Below, piece after piece: positions 21,745 through 36,670 of a DNA stretch of 64,000 nucleotides. Source of the DNA: an uncultured Spirochaetota bacterium. GTDB taxonomy: Bacteria > Spirochaetota > Spirochaetia > SZUA-6 > CAVTHK01. The translations under genes and the position numbers were made by a program. The stretch's first letter is position 1; each line of letters begins with the position of its first letter. The notes beneath the pieces are model-generated. The model was given only the letters and a program-made list of their open reading frames with translations. It did not search any database and had not been told where the DNA came from. The stretch is from contig CAVTHK010000009.1 of the NCBI GenBank assembly GCA_963734495.1, positions 224,001 to 288,000 of the forward strand, read 5' to 3'.

Positions 21745-21767
21745 TGAGTGCAACCTGGGAGGGGAGT

Positions 21768-22127
21768 GTGAGCAGAAAGTACAAAATCCTGCTCGCGGAG
21801 GACGAGCTTCTCGTAAGCAGGCTCCTGCAGCGCTACCTGCAGAGCATCGGCTTCGAGGTGGTCGCGGCCGCCAACGGCCGCGAGGCGCTCGACCTCTACC
21901 GCACGGAGGCGCCGGACCTCCTGGTGTCGGACATCGACATGCCGGAAATGGACGGCCTGGAGCTGCTGTCCAGCATCAGGGAGACCGACCGGACGCTGCC
22001 GGCGATCCTCGTTTCCGGGAAGGGCGACCCCGCGGCGGGCCGCGGCAAGCGCGACTACCGATTCCTCCCCAAGCCGCTGGCGCTGGCCGAGCTGCGGGAG
22101 CAGATCGCTCTCGCCATGGTCTCCTGA
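21768..22127 (+). CDS. Single-domain response regulator (CheY-like receiver)
   Basis: ILLAEDE, SDIDMPEMDG, FLPKP; GGAGG RBS and GTG start. Confidence 0.88.
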   Translation: MSRKYKILLAEDELLVSRLLQRYLQSIGFEVVAAANGREALDLYRTEAPDLLVSDIDMPEMDGLELLSSIRETDRTLPAILVSGKGDPAAGRGKRDYRFLPKPLALAELREQIALAMVS

Positions 22128-22151
22128 CGCCGGCGCGGCCCGTCCCACGGG

Positions 22152-22179
22152 TTGACACGCCGACGCCCATCGGTATCCT
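22152..22179 (+). promoter_or_regulatory. Putative sigma70 promoter of tRNA gene
   Basis: TTGACA-16 nt-TATCCT. Confidence 0.65.
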
Positions 22180-22203
22180 AAGCCTTCACCTGTCACTTCT
22201 TCC

Positions 22204-22277
22204 GGGCCCATAGCTCAGTTGGTCAGAGCGGCGGACTCATAATCCGTTGGTCGCAGGTTCAAGTCCTGCTGGGCCCA
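22204..22277 (+). tRNA. tRNA with CAT anticodon, most likely tRNA-Ile2 (lysidine-modified); CCA not encoded
   Basis: Acceptor GGGCCCA/TGGGCCC, D-arm TAGCTCAGTTGGTCAGAGC, anticodon arm GCGGA-CTCATAA-TCCGT, T-arm GCAGG-TTCAAGT-CCTGC; paired 1:72 and no triple G-C anticodon stem argue against fMet. Confidence 0.93.
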
Positions 22278-22323
22278 CAGATCTTCCGGCGCGGCGCCGG
22301 GCCCGCAGCGGCGGGGTCGCCGC

Positions 22324-23747
22324 CTACGAGAGGTAGGCGTCGACCGCGGCCGCGGCGCGGCGGCCATGGTTGATCGCGCGCACCACGAGCGAGGCTCCCG
22401 AGTGCGCGTCGCCGGCGGCGAAGACCCCCGGAACGGTCGTCATGTAGCCCGCGTCCACCTGGATGTTGCCCCTCGAGTCGAGCCCGACACCGAGGTCCTC
22501 GATCAGCCTGCCGTGCTCCACGTGCACGAAGCCCATGGCGAGCAGCACGAGGTCCACGTCGAGAGCGAACTCGCTTCCGGGCACGTCGACCGGCTCCGGC
22601 CGCTTGCCGGGGGCCGTCTTCCACTCCACCCGCGTGCAGTGCGCCTTCTGCACCTTCGCGTCGTAGCCGCCGCTGAACCGCGCCGCGGTCACGGACCACT
22701 GGCGCTCGCAGCCCTCCTCGTGCGAGGAGGATGTGCGCAGGATGTTGGGCCAGAAGGGCCACTCCGGGTTGGTCGGCTGCTCCCAGACCGGCGGCTTGGG
22801 GAGGATCTCGATCTGTGTGATCTTGCGCGCGCCCTGCCGCACCGCCGTGCCCACGCAGTCGGCGCCGGTGTCCCCGCCCCCGATCACGAGGACCCGCTTG
22901 TCGCGCGCCGAGATCGCCTGGGTGTCCTCGATCTCCCCGTTGATGAGCGCGTTCGAGCGCGTCAGGAACTCCATGGCAAAGGCGATGCCTTCGTAGCCGC
23001 GGCCCGGGACCTGCAGGTCGCGCGGCTGGCCGGCTCCCATCGCGAGCACGACCACGTCGAACTTGCGCCTGAGGTAGCGCGCGGAGACGTCTTCGCCGAT
23101 GACGAGGCCGGTCTCGAACTCGACCCCTTCGCCCGCCATCTGGGCGAGCCTGCGGTCGAGCACGGACTTCTCCATCTTGAAATCCGGAATTCCATAGCGA
23201 AGAAGGCCGCCGATCCGGCCGGCCTTCTCGAAGAGCGACACGGAGTGGCCGCTGCGACGCAGCTGCTGCGCCGCGGCGAGGCCCGCGGGCCCGCTTCCGA
23301 TCACCGCGACCCGGCGTCCGCTTTCGCGCCGCGGCGGCCGCGGCACCACCCAGCCCTCCGCGAAAGCCTTCTCGATGATGGCCCGTTCGATGTTCTTGAT
23401 GGAGACCGGGCTCGCGTTGATCGAAAGGGTGCACGAGGCTTCGCAGGGAGCGGGGCAGACCCTCCCGGTGGCCTCGGGGAAGTTGTTGGTCATCTCGAGG
23501 CGCTCCCAGGCTTCGCGCCAGTTGCCCCTGTAGATCGCGTCGTTCCACTCCGGGATCAGGTTGACGACCGGGCACCCGAGCGAATGGCAGAAGGGGACGC
23601 CGCAGTCCATGCAGCGCGCGCCCTCGCGGACCAGGTCCGCATCGGCGACCGGCAGGACCACTTCGCGCCAGTCGCGCGCGCGCTCCTCGACGCCGCGGTA
23701 CGCCGTCTTGACCCTGGCGAACTCGATGAAACCCGTGGGCTTTCCCA

Positions 23748-23748
<1 letters not shown>
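22324..23748 (-). CDS. gltD: Glutamate synthase small subunit
   Basis: MGKPTGF, RCMDCGVPFC, GRVCPAPCE, GSGPAGLAAA, GGGDTGADC, SLVVRAINHGR. Confidence 0.97.
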
Positions 23749-28286
<4,538 letters not shown>

Positions 28287-28309
28287 ATTCCCTACTCGAA
28301 TAGAAGGAT

Positions 28310-28339
28310 TTTATAGACCGGGCACGGGGTGCGTGACAA
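28310..28339 (-). promoter_or_regulatory. Putative sigma70 promoter of gltBD
   Basis: Minus strand TTGTCA-18 nt-TATAAA. Confidence 0.5.
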
Positions 28340-28455
28340 CCTGCAGCCCCGGGGGTGCAGCCCCGGGCGGCGGCCGCGCCGGCCGCGCCGGGCGGGCCCG
28401 TCCGCCCCCTTGCGCCTCGCGCGCCGGCGTGGTCTCCTTTTCGCGGGAGCCGTCG

Positions 28456-29022
28456 ATGGAAGAGGACATAGTCGCCGTGGCGAGAGCGCTGCATTTCTCC
28501 GCGCGGAAGCACGCGGCGCAGCGCCGCAAGGGGAAGGACGCGGAACCGTACGTCAACCACCTCGCCGAGGTGGCCGTGCTGCTCGCCGAGGCCACCGAGG
28601 GAGCGGACGTCACGCTCGTCGTCGCCGGCCTGCTGCACGACACGATCGAGGACACCGAAACCGCCGCCGACGAGCTCCGCAGGGAGTTCGGCGCGGAGGT
28701 GGCCGCGGTCGTGGCGGAGGTGACCGACGACAAGAGACTGCCGAAGCAGCGGCGCAAGGACCTGCAGGTGGAGACCGCGGCCTCCAAGTCGCCGCGCGCG
28801 AGGCTCATCAAGATCGCGGACAAGATCAGCAACCTGCGCTCCATAGTGGGGAGCCCTCCCGAAGGGTGGAACGTCGAGCGCAAGCTCGCCTACTTCGAGT
28901 GGGCAAAGGCAGTCGTGGACGGCTGCCGCGGGATCAACCCCCGCCTGGATGCTCTCTTCGACGAGACGTACACGCTGGGCAAGGCCGCGATCGAGGCGAA
29001 AAAGCAGCCCTCGGCCGGCTGA
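28456..29022 (+). CDS. Stand-alone HD-domain (p)ppGpp hydrolase-like protein (Mesh1/SAH type)
   Basis: KHAAQRRK, PYVNH, LLHDTIEDT, V.EVTDDK, IKIADKISN. Confidence 0.88.
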   Translation: MEEDIVAVARALHFSARKHAAQRRKGKDAEPYVNHLAEVAVLLAEATEGADVTLVVAGLLHDTIEDTETAADELRREFGAEVAAVVAEVTDDKRLPKQRRKDLQVETAASKSPRARLIKIADKISNLRSIVGSPPEGWNVERKLAYFEWAKAVVDGCRGINPRLDALFDETYTLGKAAIEAKKQPSAG

Positions 29023-29065
29023 AGCCGCCGCCGAGGCGCGGTGCGGGCCGCGAGCGGGCGGGCGC

Positions 29066-30192
29066 TCAGGCGAGAGCCTTCTCGTAGACCCGGTAGATCT
29101 TGGTCTGCTCCAGCTCGAGCTTTTCGAGCGCGTTGCGGATGCGCAGATTGTCCTCCAGGATGTAGTTGGCCTCCAGGCGCACGCCGCGCGGCGCGAGCGC
29201 TTCGTAGCAGGCTCATGTACAGCAGCACGTCCAGCCCGAGGTTGTGGTAGGCCGGGAGCACCGCCAGGCCGAACAGCCGGTAGTCCCGCACCCGCCGCAG
29301 GCCGGTGAGCAGCGTTACGAAGCCGAACGGGAAGAGCCGGCCGCGCGATGCGGGCGAGGATCCCGTTGAGGTCGGGAAAGCCGAGGGCGTATCCGACCGG
29401 GACGCCCGAGTCCTCGACCATCCAGATGGCGTCCGGGCTCGCGAGCGGCTTGAGCCTGCGGAGCATCGACTCGAGCTCCGATCGGTCCAGCGGGACGTAG
29501 CCCCAGTTGCTGCGCACCGCCTCGTTGGTGATGCGCCAGATGTGCTCGGCCTCCGAGGCGATCCGGCGCAGGTCGATCGTGCGCACGGAGAAGCGGGGGC
29601 GCCGGCTGCGCATGCGGTCGCGAAAGCGCTCGAAGCGCGCCGGGATGCGGTAGCCTCGGCGGGCGTCGGCCTCGTACACGAGGAGGTCCTTGACCTTCGC
29701 GTAGCCTCGCGAGGTCACAAGATCGTTGTAGAAGGGCGGGTTGTACGGGGCGAGGAACACCGGCGGGCTCTCGAAGCCGCGCAGCAGAAAGCCCCAGCAC
29801 TCGGAGATCGGGTTGATGGGCCCGCGCACCCGGTCCATGCCGGCCGCGGCGAGCCAGCATTCGGCTTCGTCGAGCAGAGCGGCCGCTACGGCCCCGTCTT
29901 CGACGCACTCGAAGGAGCCGAAGAACCCGGTGCGCGAGCCATAAAACTTGTTGAAGGCATGGTCCACGTAGGCCACGACGCGGCCGCAGGCGCTGCCGTT
30001 GCGCCGGGCGAGCAGCAGCCGGTAGTCGGAGTGGGCGAGGATCGGGTTGCGCCGCGTGTAGGTGAGCCTCTCGTCGATCCACAGCGGCGGCCGCCACACG
30101 GGGTCGTTGCTGTAGAGGCGCTCGGGGAGGAAGACGAACTCCCGCAGGGCCCCGGCGCCGTCGACGTCCTCGACGCGGATGACGGCGTTCAC
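29066..30192 (-). CDS. GNAT family acyltransferase (YghO-like; two apparent frameshifts ~29340 and ~29210)
   Basis: FV.LP..LY..DP.W.PPL, GFFGSFEC, RGPINP, PYNPPFY, NWGYVP, ILEDN, K.YRVYEK. Confidence 0.8.
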
Positions 30193-30286
30193 GGCGGGGC
30201 GAGCATAGCACCGCGCGGGCGGCGGCGCCAGCGCGCGAGCGGGCTCTCCCGGCTTCTCCTTGCGGGCGCCCGCTCGGACAGATAGA

Positions 30287-31882
30287 GTGCAGGCGTTGGC
30301 ACACAACGCATCGTTGCCCACGTTCGCCGACGTACTGAGAGAAGAGGCCTCGCGCCGCGGGCTGCCTCCCTGGCCTCGGCATCACCTCGAGCCTCTCGCC
30401 GGCCTCGCCTACCCGCGGGAGCTGGAGCTCAAGGAGGTGGCGCTGGCCGCGTTTCTGCGGCAGGTGCGGCTTCCGCTCGAGCCGCAGGCGGTGAGGCCTT
30501 CGCCCGTACCGAGGGGCTATCGCTCGACGTCCAAGCGCAGGGTGCTCCTGCGCGGAGGCAGGATCGCGCTCGCGGTCAACCGCGACGACCCGGCGCGCGG
30601 GGGGTTCACGCCTTCGGCCCTCGAGCCCGAAGCCCACGCGCGCCTCTTCCGTCACCTGGCCGCGGCGCTGAGCGAGCCGGCGCTCGGCCGGACCGCCGCG
30701 CGCCTCTCGTGGGTCATCCTCCGCGCGTCGGTCGAGGGAAACGCGGTGATCTTTAACGCGGCCCGTTCCGACGAGCGGATCGTCGCCGGCCTCTCGCGCG
30801 TCGGGCAGGAGGCGGCAGCCGCACGGCTCGCGGTGTGCGGCGCCTGGCTGTTCGTGGACCCCTCGCGCTCGGACTACTACCTCGAGTCGGGATCGACCGG
30901 GACCGTCGCCCTGCAGCGTCTCTTCGGGCCCGACCGGCTCACCGCGAGATTCGGCGGGGCGGATTACGTCTTTCGGCCCGGCGTCTTTTCGCAGGTGAAC
31001 GCTTCCGTCGTCCCGCCGATCCTCGCCGAGGCGCGGCGGATGCTCGGCCGCGGCGGCCGCCTCTGGGACCTCTACTGCGGCTACGGGCTCTTCGCGCTGG
31101 CGCTCTGCGGCGGCTTCGCCTCGGTCGTCGGCGTCGAGGCTTCGGCCGATGCCGCGGCCTGCGCGCGCCTCAACGCGGAGCGGGTGCGCCCGCGGCCGGC
31201 CGCCGCCGAGTTCTGCGAGGCGCGCATCACCGGGCCGGCGCTGCAGGAGCTCTTCGCCGCGCACCCGGCGGCCGCGGAAGAGGTGCTCGTGCTCGACCCG
31301 CCGTACGGCGGCGCCCCGGCGCCGGTGCTGCTCACGGCCGCGCGCCGCCGGCCGGCTCGCGTGCTCCACGTGTTCTGCAACACGAGCCGCATCCCCGTGG
31401 ATGCGGCGATCTGGCGCAAGGCGGGGTACCGGATCAGCGAGCTCGTGCCGTTCGACATGTTTCCCGGCACGCCCGAGCTCGAGACCCTCGCGCTCCTGGA
31501 GCCGGCGGGGGCGGCGGGCTCGACGGGCGCGGGCGCGGCGGGCGCCGCCGCCGGCGAGAGGCGCGACAAGGGGCACGGGCGCGGCGGCTCCGCTGCGTTG
31601 ACTTTTTTGCGGCGCCGTGCCCTGCTGATCGTACCATGCGTGAAGTCACCTTCCAGCGCGGCTACATCGAGCACCCGGCGGGCTCCTGCCTCGCCTGCTT
31701 CGGCCGCACGCGCGTCATCTGCACGGCGTCGGTCCAGGCGGAGGTGCCCCGCTTTCTCGTCGGCAGCGGCCGCGGCTGGATCACGGCCGAGTACGCGATG
31801 CTGCCGGGCAGCACCGCCGGCGGCCGCAAGCCGCGCGACCTCCTCAAGCGCGACAGCCGCAACGTCGAGATCAGCCGCCTGA
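30287..31882 (+). CDS. RlmD/TrmA family RNA uracil-5-methyltransferase (true end probably ~31500-31600)
   Basis: FSQVN, DLYCGYGLFAL, VVGVE, VLDPP, HVFCN, FDMFPGTPELE; the ORF runs ~250 nt into rph, suggesting a lost stop. Confidence 0.75.
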   Translation: MQALAHNASLPTFADVLREEASRRGLPPWPRHHLEPLAGLAYPRELELKEVALAAFLRQVRLPLEPQAVRPSPVPRGYRSTSKRRVLLRGGRIALAVNRDDPARGGFTPSALEPEAHARLFRHLAAALSEPALGRTAARLSWVILRASVEGNAVIFNAARSDERIVAGLSRVGQEAAAARLAVCGAWLFVDPSRSDYYLESGSTGTVALQRLFGPDRLTARFGGADYVFRPGVFSQVNASVVPPILAEARRMLGRGGRLWDLYCGYGLFALALCGGFASVVGVEASADAAACARLNAERVRPRPAAAEFCEARITGPALQELFAAHPAAAEEVLVLDPPYGGAPAPVLLTAARRRPARVLHVFCNTSRIPVDAAIWRKAGYRISELVPFDMFPGTPELETLALLEPAGAAGSTGAGAAGAAAGERRDKGHGRGGSAALTFLRRRALLIVPCVKSPSSAATSSTRRAPASPASAARASSARRRSRRRCPAFSSAAAAAGSRPSTRCCRAAPPAAASRATSSSATAATSRSAA

Positions 31883-32349
31883 TCGGCCGCAGCCTCCGCG
31901 CCGCCGTCGACCTGGCAAAGCTCGGCGAGATCACCATCGTCATCGACTGCGACGTGCTGCAGGCGGACGGCGGGACCCGGACGGCCGCGATCTCCGGCGG
32001 CTGGGTCGCGCTTCACGACGCGCTGCGCACCCTTGCAGCGCCGGTCGTGGGACCCGACAGCGCTCACGCCGGCGCTCCCGCCGGACCCGAGGCCTTCCTC
32101 CTGGGCCAGGTGGCGGCCGTAAGCGTGGGCCTCCTGGACGGGCGCGTCGTGTGCGACCTCGATTACGAGCAGGATTCCGCGGCGACCGTCGACATGAACG
32201 TCGTCCAACGCGACGGCGCCCTCGTCGAGGTGCAGGGTACCGGGGAGCAGGGCGTCTTCGACCGCGCGCAGCTTGACGCCCTGCTCGACGCCGCGGACTC
32301 CGGGATCCGCGAGATCTACCGGGCGCAGCGCGCGGCGCTTGGCTTGTAG
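31636..32349 (+). CDS. rph: Ribonuclease PH
   Basis: GWITAEYAMLP, EISRLIGRSLRA, DCDVLQADGGTRTAAI, DLDYEQDS.A.VDMNVV, EVQGTGE. Confidence 0.95.
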   Translation: MREVTFQRGYIEHPAGSCLACFGRTRVICTASVQAEVPRFLVGSGRGWITAEYAMLPGSTAGGRKPRDLLKRDSRNVEISRLIGRSLRAAVDLAKLGEITIVIDCDVLQADGGTRTAAISGGWVALHDALRTLAAPVVGPDSAHAGAPAGPEAFLLGQVAAVSVGLLDGRVVCDLDYEQDSAATVDMNVVQRDGALVEVQGTGEQGVFDRAQLDALLDAADSGIREIYRAQRAALGL

Positions 32350-32513
32350 GGTCGCACTCCAGGCGCCTCGTGTCGACGCGCTGCCGCGAGGGCGCCTTCA
32401 ATTTCAAATAGAAGCGCACGTCCCTTGGCAGGCGCGCCCCTTTTCGCTACTCTGTCCGCGACTCCGCGACTCCGCGGTCAGGCGGAGTCCCATCAAGCTC
32501 CACGGGGAATGCC

Positions 32514-33764
32514 ATGCACAACACGCTCGTGACGGAGGGCATCTACAGGCTCTCCGCCGAAGTCCGTGACACGCTCTTCGAGGGCATCTGGCCGATCCCT
32601 CACGGGGTCTCGCTGAGCTCCTACATCGTCAAGGGCGACGAGGTCGCCGTCGTCGACGGCTTGTGCGGGTGGGACGGAACGCGCGAGACGCTGTCCGCGC
32701 AGCTCGCGCAGATGGGCATCAACGTCAAGGACATCCGCTACGTGATCCTCAACCACCTCGAGCCCGACCACAGCGCCTGGCTCGAGCCCTTCAAGAAGCT
32801 CACCGGCGACGTCGAGATCGTCGCGAGCGCCAGGGGCGTCGAGGTGGCAAACGCCTTCTACGGCCTCGACAGCCGTTACCGCTGCCGGGCGGTCAAGTCC
32901 GGCGACACGATCGACCTCGGGGGCGGCAGGAAGCTCGTCTTCGAGGAGATCCCGAACGTCCACTGGCCCGACACCATCGCGACCTACGAGACGAGCACCG
33001 GGACGCTCCTCCCCTGCGACGCCTTCGGATCGTTCGGCACGATCGCGGACGATGCGCCCTTCGACGACCAGCTCTCCGAGGAGCAGCTCGCGTTCTTCGA
33101 GACCGAGGCGCTCCGCTACTACGCCAACATCGTCGCCGGCTTCTCGCTCCCCGTGCAGAAGGCCATCGCGAAGCTCGCCCCGGTCGACGTCCGCATCATC
33201 GCGCCGGGCCACGGCATCGTGTGGCGCAGGGACCCCGGCCGCATCGTGCGGTTGTACGAGAAGCTCTCGAGCTACGGCGCCGGTCCCGCGGAGCCGGAGG
33301 TGACCGTGATCTGGGGGAGCATGTACGGGATGACCGCGCGGGGAGTCGAGCCCGTCGTCGAAGGAATAAAAGCTGAAGGTATCCAGGCCCACGTCCACCG
33401 CGTGCCCGACACTCACGTCTCGTACGTGCTGGCCTCGGCGCTGCGCTCGGGGGGCATCGTGCTCGGGATGCCCACCTACGAGTACAAGATGTTCCCTCCG
33501 ATGGCGCACGCGCTCGACGACCTCGGGCGCAAGAAGATCGCGAACCGCAAGGCGTTCCGCTTCGGCAGCTACAGCTGGTCCGGCGGCGCGCAGAAGGAGC
33601 TCGACGCTCTGATGCAGAGCCACCGCATGGGGTGGGACTTCCTCGAGCCCGTCGAGTACAGGGGCGCGCCCACGGCCGCCGACCTGGAGGCGATCCACGC
33701 GAGGGGCCGCGAGCTCGCCCGCGCCGTAAAGGCCGCCTGCGCGGCGAAGCCCGCGGGCTGCTAG
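32514..33764 (+). CDS. fprA: FprA family flavodiiron protein (O2/NO reductase)
   Basis: NHLEPDHS, HWPD, CDAFG, RYYANI, APGHG; flavodoxin SMYGMT and FGSYSWSGG. Confidence 0.93.
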   Translation: MHNTLVTEGIYRLSAEVRDTLFEGIWPIPHGVSLSSYIVKGDEVAVVDGLCGWDGTRETLSAQLAQMGINVKDIRYVILNHLEPDHSAWLEPFKKLTGDVEIVASARGVEVANAFYGLDSRYRCRAVKSGDTIDLGGGRKLVFEEIPNVHWPDTIATYETSTGTLLPCDAFGSFGTIADDAPFDDQLSEEQLAFFETEALRYYANIVAGFSLPVQKAIAKLAPVDVRIIAPGHGIVWRRDPGRIVRLYEKLSSYGAGPAEPEVTVIWGSMYGMTARGVEPVVEGIKAEGIQAHVHRVPDTHVSYVLASALRSGGIVLGMPTYEYKMFPPMAHALDDLGRKKIANRKAFRFGSYSWSGGAQKELDALMQSHRMGWDFLEPVEYRGAPTAADLEAIHARGRELARAVKAACAAKPAGC

Positions 33765-35090
33765 CGCCGGCGGCCGGGCGCGCGGCGCGAGGTCCACGCC
33801 CATGGCCGTGAGCTCGCGCTGCACCTCGCGCACGTCGAGCGACCGCGGCGTGCGGCCGAGCCGGCAGCAGAGCGCGGCGGCGACGCCCGCGGCCTGGCCG
33901 AGGGCCATCATGTTGCCCATGCTCTTGCCCGCCGCGTGGCCGAGAAACGTCGCCGACGCGCAGCGGCCGGCCACGAGCAGGTTCTCCACTCCCTTCGGCA
34001 CGAGGCTGCGGTAGGGGTAGGCGAAGCCCGATGCCATCTCGCCGATAAAGAGCTGGTTCGCGTCGATGGCGCCGTACTTGCGGGCGATCACGTCCTCGAA
34101 TTCCGCGCCGCCGCGCGCGTCCTCGACGGTCTGCACGTATTCGCCCACGATGCGGCGCGTGTCGCGCACGCCGACGACGGCCCCGGTGCGCACGAGCGCG
34201 CAGGTCTCGAGGCCGGGGATCGCCTTTGCGCGGGCGAGGCGCACGAAGTCCACGGCGACAAGGGCGCCGAAGCGCTCCGCGAGCGTGAGGTCCTGCGCGC
34301 GGCTCGCGTCGAGGCTTCCGATGCCGCGCAGCGCGCCGTTGTTCACGGAGATGACGCCGGGCACGGTCGCGCGGTCGAAGCCGTACCAGGCGGCGACCGC
34401 GTATCCCTCGGCGGCCGCCGCGTCGAAGACGGCGTCGAGCTCCGCGCGGTGCGCCCCCGCGTAGGCGAAGAAACGCTCCACGTCGGCGTTCCCGATCGCG
34501 AACACGAGCGAGACCGGCATGTGGATCCCGTCCTCCTCGCGCCCCTCCATGACCTCGGCTCCCGCGCGGAAGGCCACGTCGCCGTCGCCCGTAGCGTCCA
34601 CCACGATGCGGGCCTCGAAGCGCTCGTCGCCGCCCTTGGCCGAGACGACGACGCCGCGCAGCGTTCGGCCGTCCATGACGACACCCGTCACCGGGCTGTA
34701 GAGCCGGTAGTGGCAGCCCGCTTCCTCGAGCATCTCGAAGGCGGCGAGGCGCAGGTAGTCGGGGTGGATGTCCAGGCCGTCGGCGTTGATGGAGTCGTGC
34801 TTGCCGGGCGCCGAAGCGTCCGGCCCGTGCCGCCTGACGGCCCGCACGAACATGTCGTGGGCGCCGCCGCGCGGCCGGCCGTCGACCAGCAGCCGGTTGA
34901 CGGGCATCCACAGAGCTGCGCTCGCGACGCCGCCGAACACGCTGCGCGCCTCCAGCAGCAGGGTGCGCGCGCCCAGCCGCGCGGCGGCGAGCGCGGCGCC
35001 CAGCCCCGCGGGCCCGCCCCCGGCCACGACCACGTCGTATGCGGCGCCCGCCGCGGGCACGCGGCTCTCCACGAAGCTTCGGCTCACCAT
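33761..35090 (-). CDS. FAD-dependent oxidoreductase (FAD_oxidored/PF12831-like), copy 1; 3' end approximate
   Basis: YDVVVAGGGPAG, DATGDGDVA..AG, GVRDTRRIVGEY, PYRSLVP, NLLVAGRC, GQAAGVAAAL. Confidence 0.85.
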
Positions 35091-35116
35091 GCTGCTGCTC
35101 CTCGTGCTGCGCCGCG

Positions 35117-36514
35117 CTATGCGCCGAGCGTCTTGAGCGCGTCGCCGACTCCTGCGAGATTCGCGAGGCGCATCTCGGAGTATTTGCGCGAGAGCACCAC
35201 GCCCTGCGCCCCCGCCTCGAACGCCGCGATGACCGCGGCCTTGACGTCGGCGGGGCTCTCGTCGCGCGCCTTCCCCAGCTCCTTCTCCACCGGGATGTCG
35301 ATGTCGATCCCCGGCCAGACCTCGCACTTCCCCGCCACCCCCGCCAGCGCCCGCTTCGTCTCCCGAGAGACGTAGTCGGCGGAGAAGCCCGCCAGCGGCA
35401 GATCCTTCCAGGCCGCCTCCTCGATGTCGAGGATGCGGTAGAGGAAGCGGTAGCTCTCCTCGGGGGAGGCGTCGCGGAAGATGGTCTGGTGCAGGCTCTC
35501 GACGAAGCGCTGGTAGCGGGAGCCGGCGCAGTTGTGGTACATGACGCTCTTGATGAAGTCGGCGTAGTCGGCGAGCTCGGCAAAGTCGGTCTCGGCGCGG
35601 TAGAAGGGGGAAAAGGACTGCAGGTGCATGACGTGCCAGCCGACCTTGACGGCGGGGGTGATGGCCTTCACGGTGCCGTAGAGCTCGGCGTACATCTCCT
35701 TCAGGCCTGCGGTCCAGAACTGCTCGACTGCGAGGATCTCGGGGTGCTTGAGCAGCAGCCGCCAGAAGGTGACGAAGTAGCCGTCGGGGGGACGGACGGC
35801 GTTGCGGGCGGCCTCGAAGAAGGCGGCGAGTTCCTTGTAGCCGAGCTTCGCCCGCTCGACGTTGATGCCCTCGCGGTGCATCCGCTCGCTGCAGTGCGGG
35901 CAGAAGCAGCCGATCCCGCGCGTGTTCCAGCCGCCGCCCAGCAGATTCCCGAGCGGTCCCTGCCGTTCCGAAGCCCACGCGATGCCCTGGATCCGGTACG
36001 ACTTGACGTAGTCTTCCACCAGCGAGAGGTGCCAGTTGCGGTAGGCGGGGTTGCGGAAGCAGGGGGTTCCCGTGCGCCGGCCCCAGGGGTCGATCTCGCT
36101 CACCTGCATGTAGTTGGCCAGCATCTGCGGCTGCGGACCGTACGGGTTCTCGTTGATCCAGCAGAAGACGTCGATGCCGCGCTTCGCGGCGGCGGGGAGC
36201 ACCTTCTCCAGTATGTCCCATCCTCCGGTGTCTTCGGACGGAGCGGCGAAGTCGCGGATAAAGGTGTTGTTGTAGAACCGGGGATGGACCGTGGCGAAGT
36301 TGCCGCCGCGGAAGTCGAGGTCGTACTCCTGGCTGCCGTGGTCGGGCAGGGGGTAGCCGGGGATCTGCCGGCCGCCGGTGCCGCGGTCGAAGGTGTGTGA
36401 GGCGAGGAAGAGGTTGTTGACGCCGGCCTTTTCCTGGAACAGGTCGAGCACCGGCTCGACGCCTTCGTCGATGAACGAGATCGCTCCCACCTGGATCGCC
36501 ACAGTGCGCTTCAT
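35117..36514 (-). CDS. Uncharacterised TIM-barrel-like protein with CFCxxC motif, paralog A
   Basis: Intact 465 aa ORF with RBS; strong similarity to 40732..42123; layout resembles GH-A/GHL10-type barrels. Confidence 0.75.
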   Translation of the reverse strand: MKRTVAIQVGAISFIDEGVEPVLDLFQEKAGVNNLFLASHTFDRGTGGRQIPGYPLPDHGSQEYDLDFRGGNFATVHPRFYNNTFIRDFAAPSEDTGGWDILEKVLPAAAKRGIDVFCWINENPYGPQPQMLANYMQVSEIDPWGRRTGTPCFRNPAYRNWHLSLVEDYVKSYRIQGIAWASERQGPLGNLLGGGWNTRGIGCFCPHCSERMHREGINVERAKLGYKELAAFFEAARNAVRPPDGYFVTFWRLLLKHPEILAVEQFWTAGLKEMYAELYGTVKAITPAVKVGWHVMHLQSFSPFYRAETDFAELADYADFIKSVMYHNCAGSRYQRFVESLHQTIFRDASPEESYRFLYRILDIEEAAWKDLPLAGFSADYVSRETKRALAGVAGKCEVWPGIDIDIPVEKELGKARDESPADVKAAVIAAFEAGAQGVVLSRKYSEMRLANLAGVGDALKTLGA

Positions 36515-36594
36515 GGATCATCTCCCCTGCCGGTCGCCGGCGACGAGCCGCTATTCTTGAGCATCCCCGCGGATCTGTAAAGTGGGCGCCGACG

Positions 36595-36623
36595 TTGACC
36601 GGCCACGGTGGCGCAGCTACGAT
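36595..36623 (+). promoter_or_regulatory. Putative sigma70 promoter for SDR gene
   Basis: TTGACC-17 nt-TACGAT. Confidence 0.55.
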
Positions 36624-36670
36624 GCATGACTTGCCGGGCAGGCGAGGGTCGGCAAGGCGGGAGGTTGCGC

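Noticed and set aside
22204-22330. tRNA as an integration site for a genomic island
   Set aside because: No integrase is adjacent, no duplicated tRNA 3' end was seen in the window, and gltD follows directly.
32493-36521. 1342 aa minus-strand ORF
   Set aside because: It is the real FAD oxidoreductase plus an off-frame shadow upstream and the antisense of fprA downstream.
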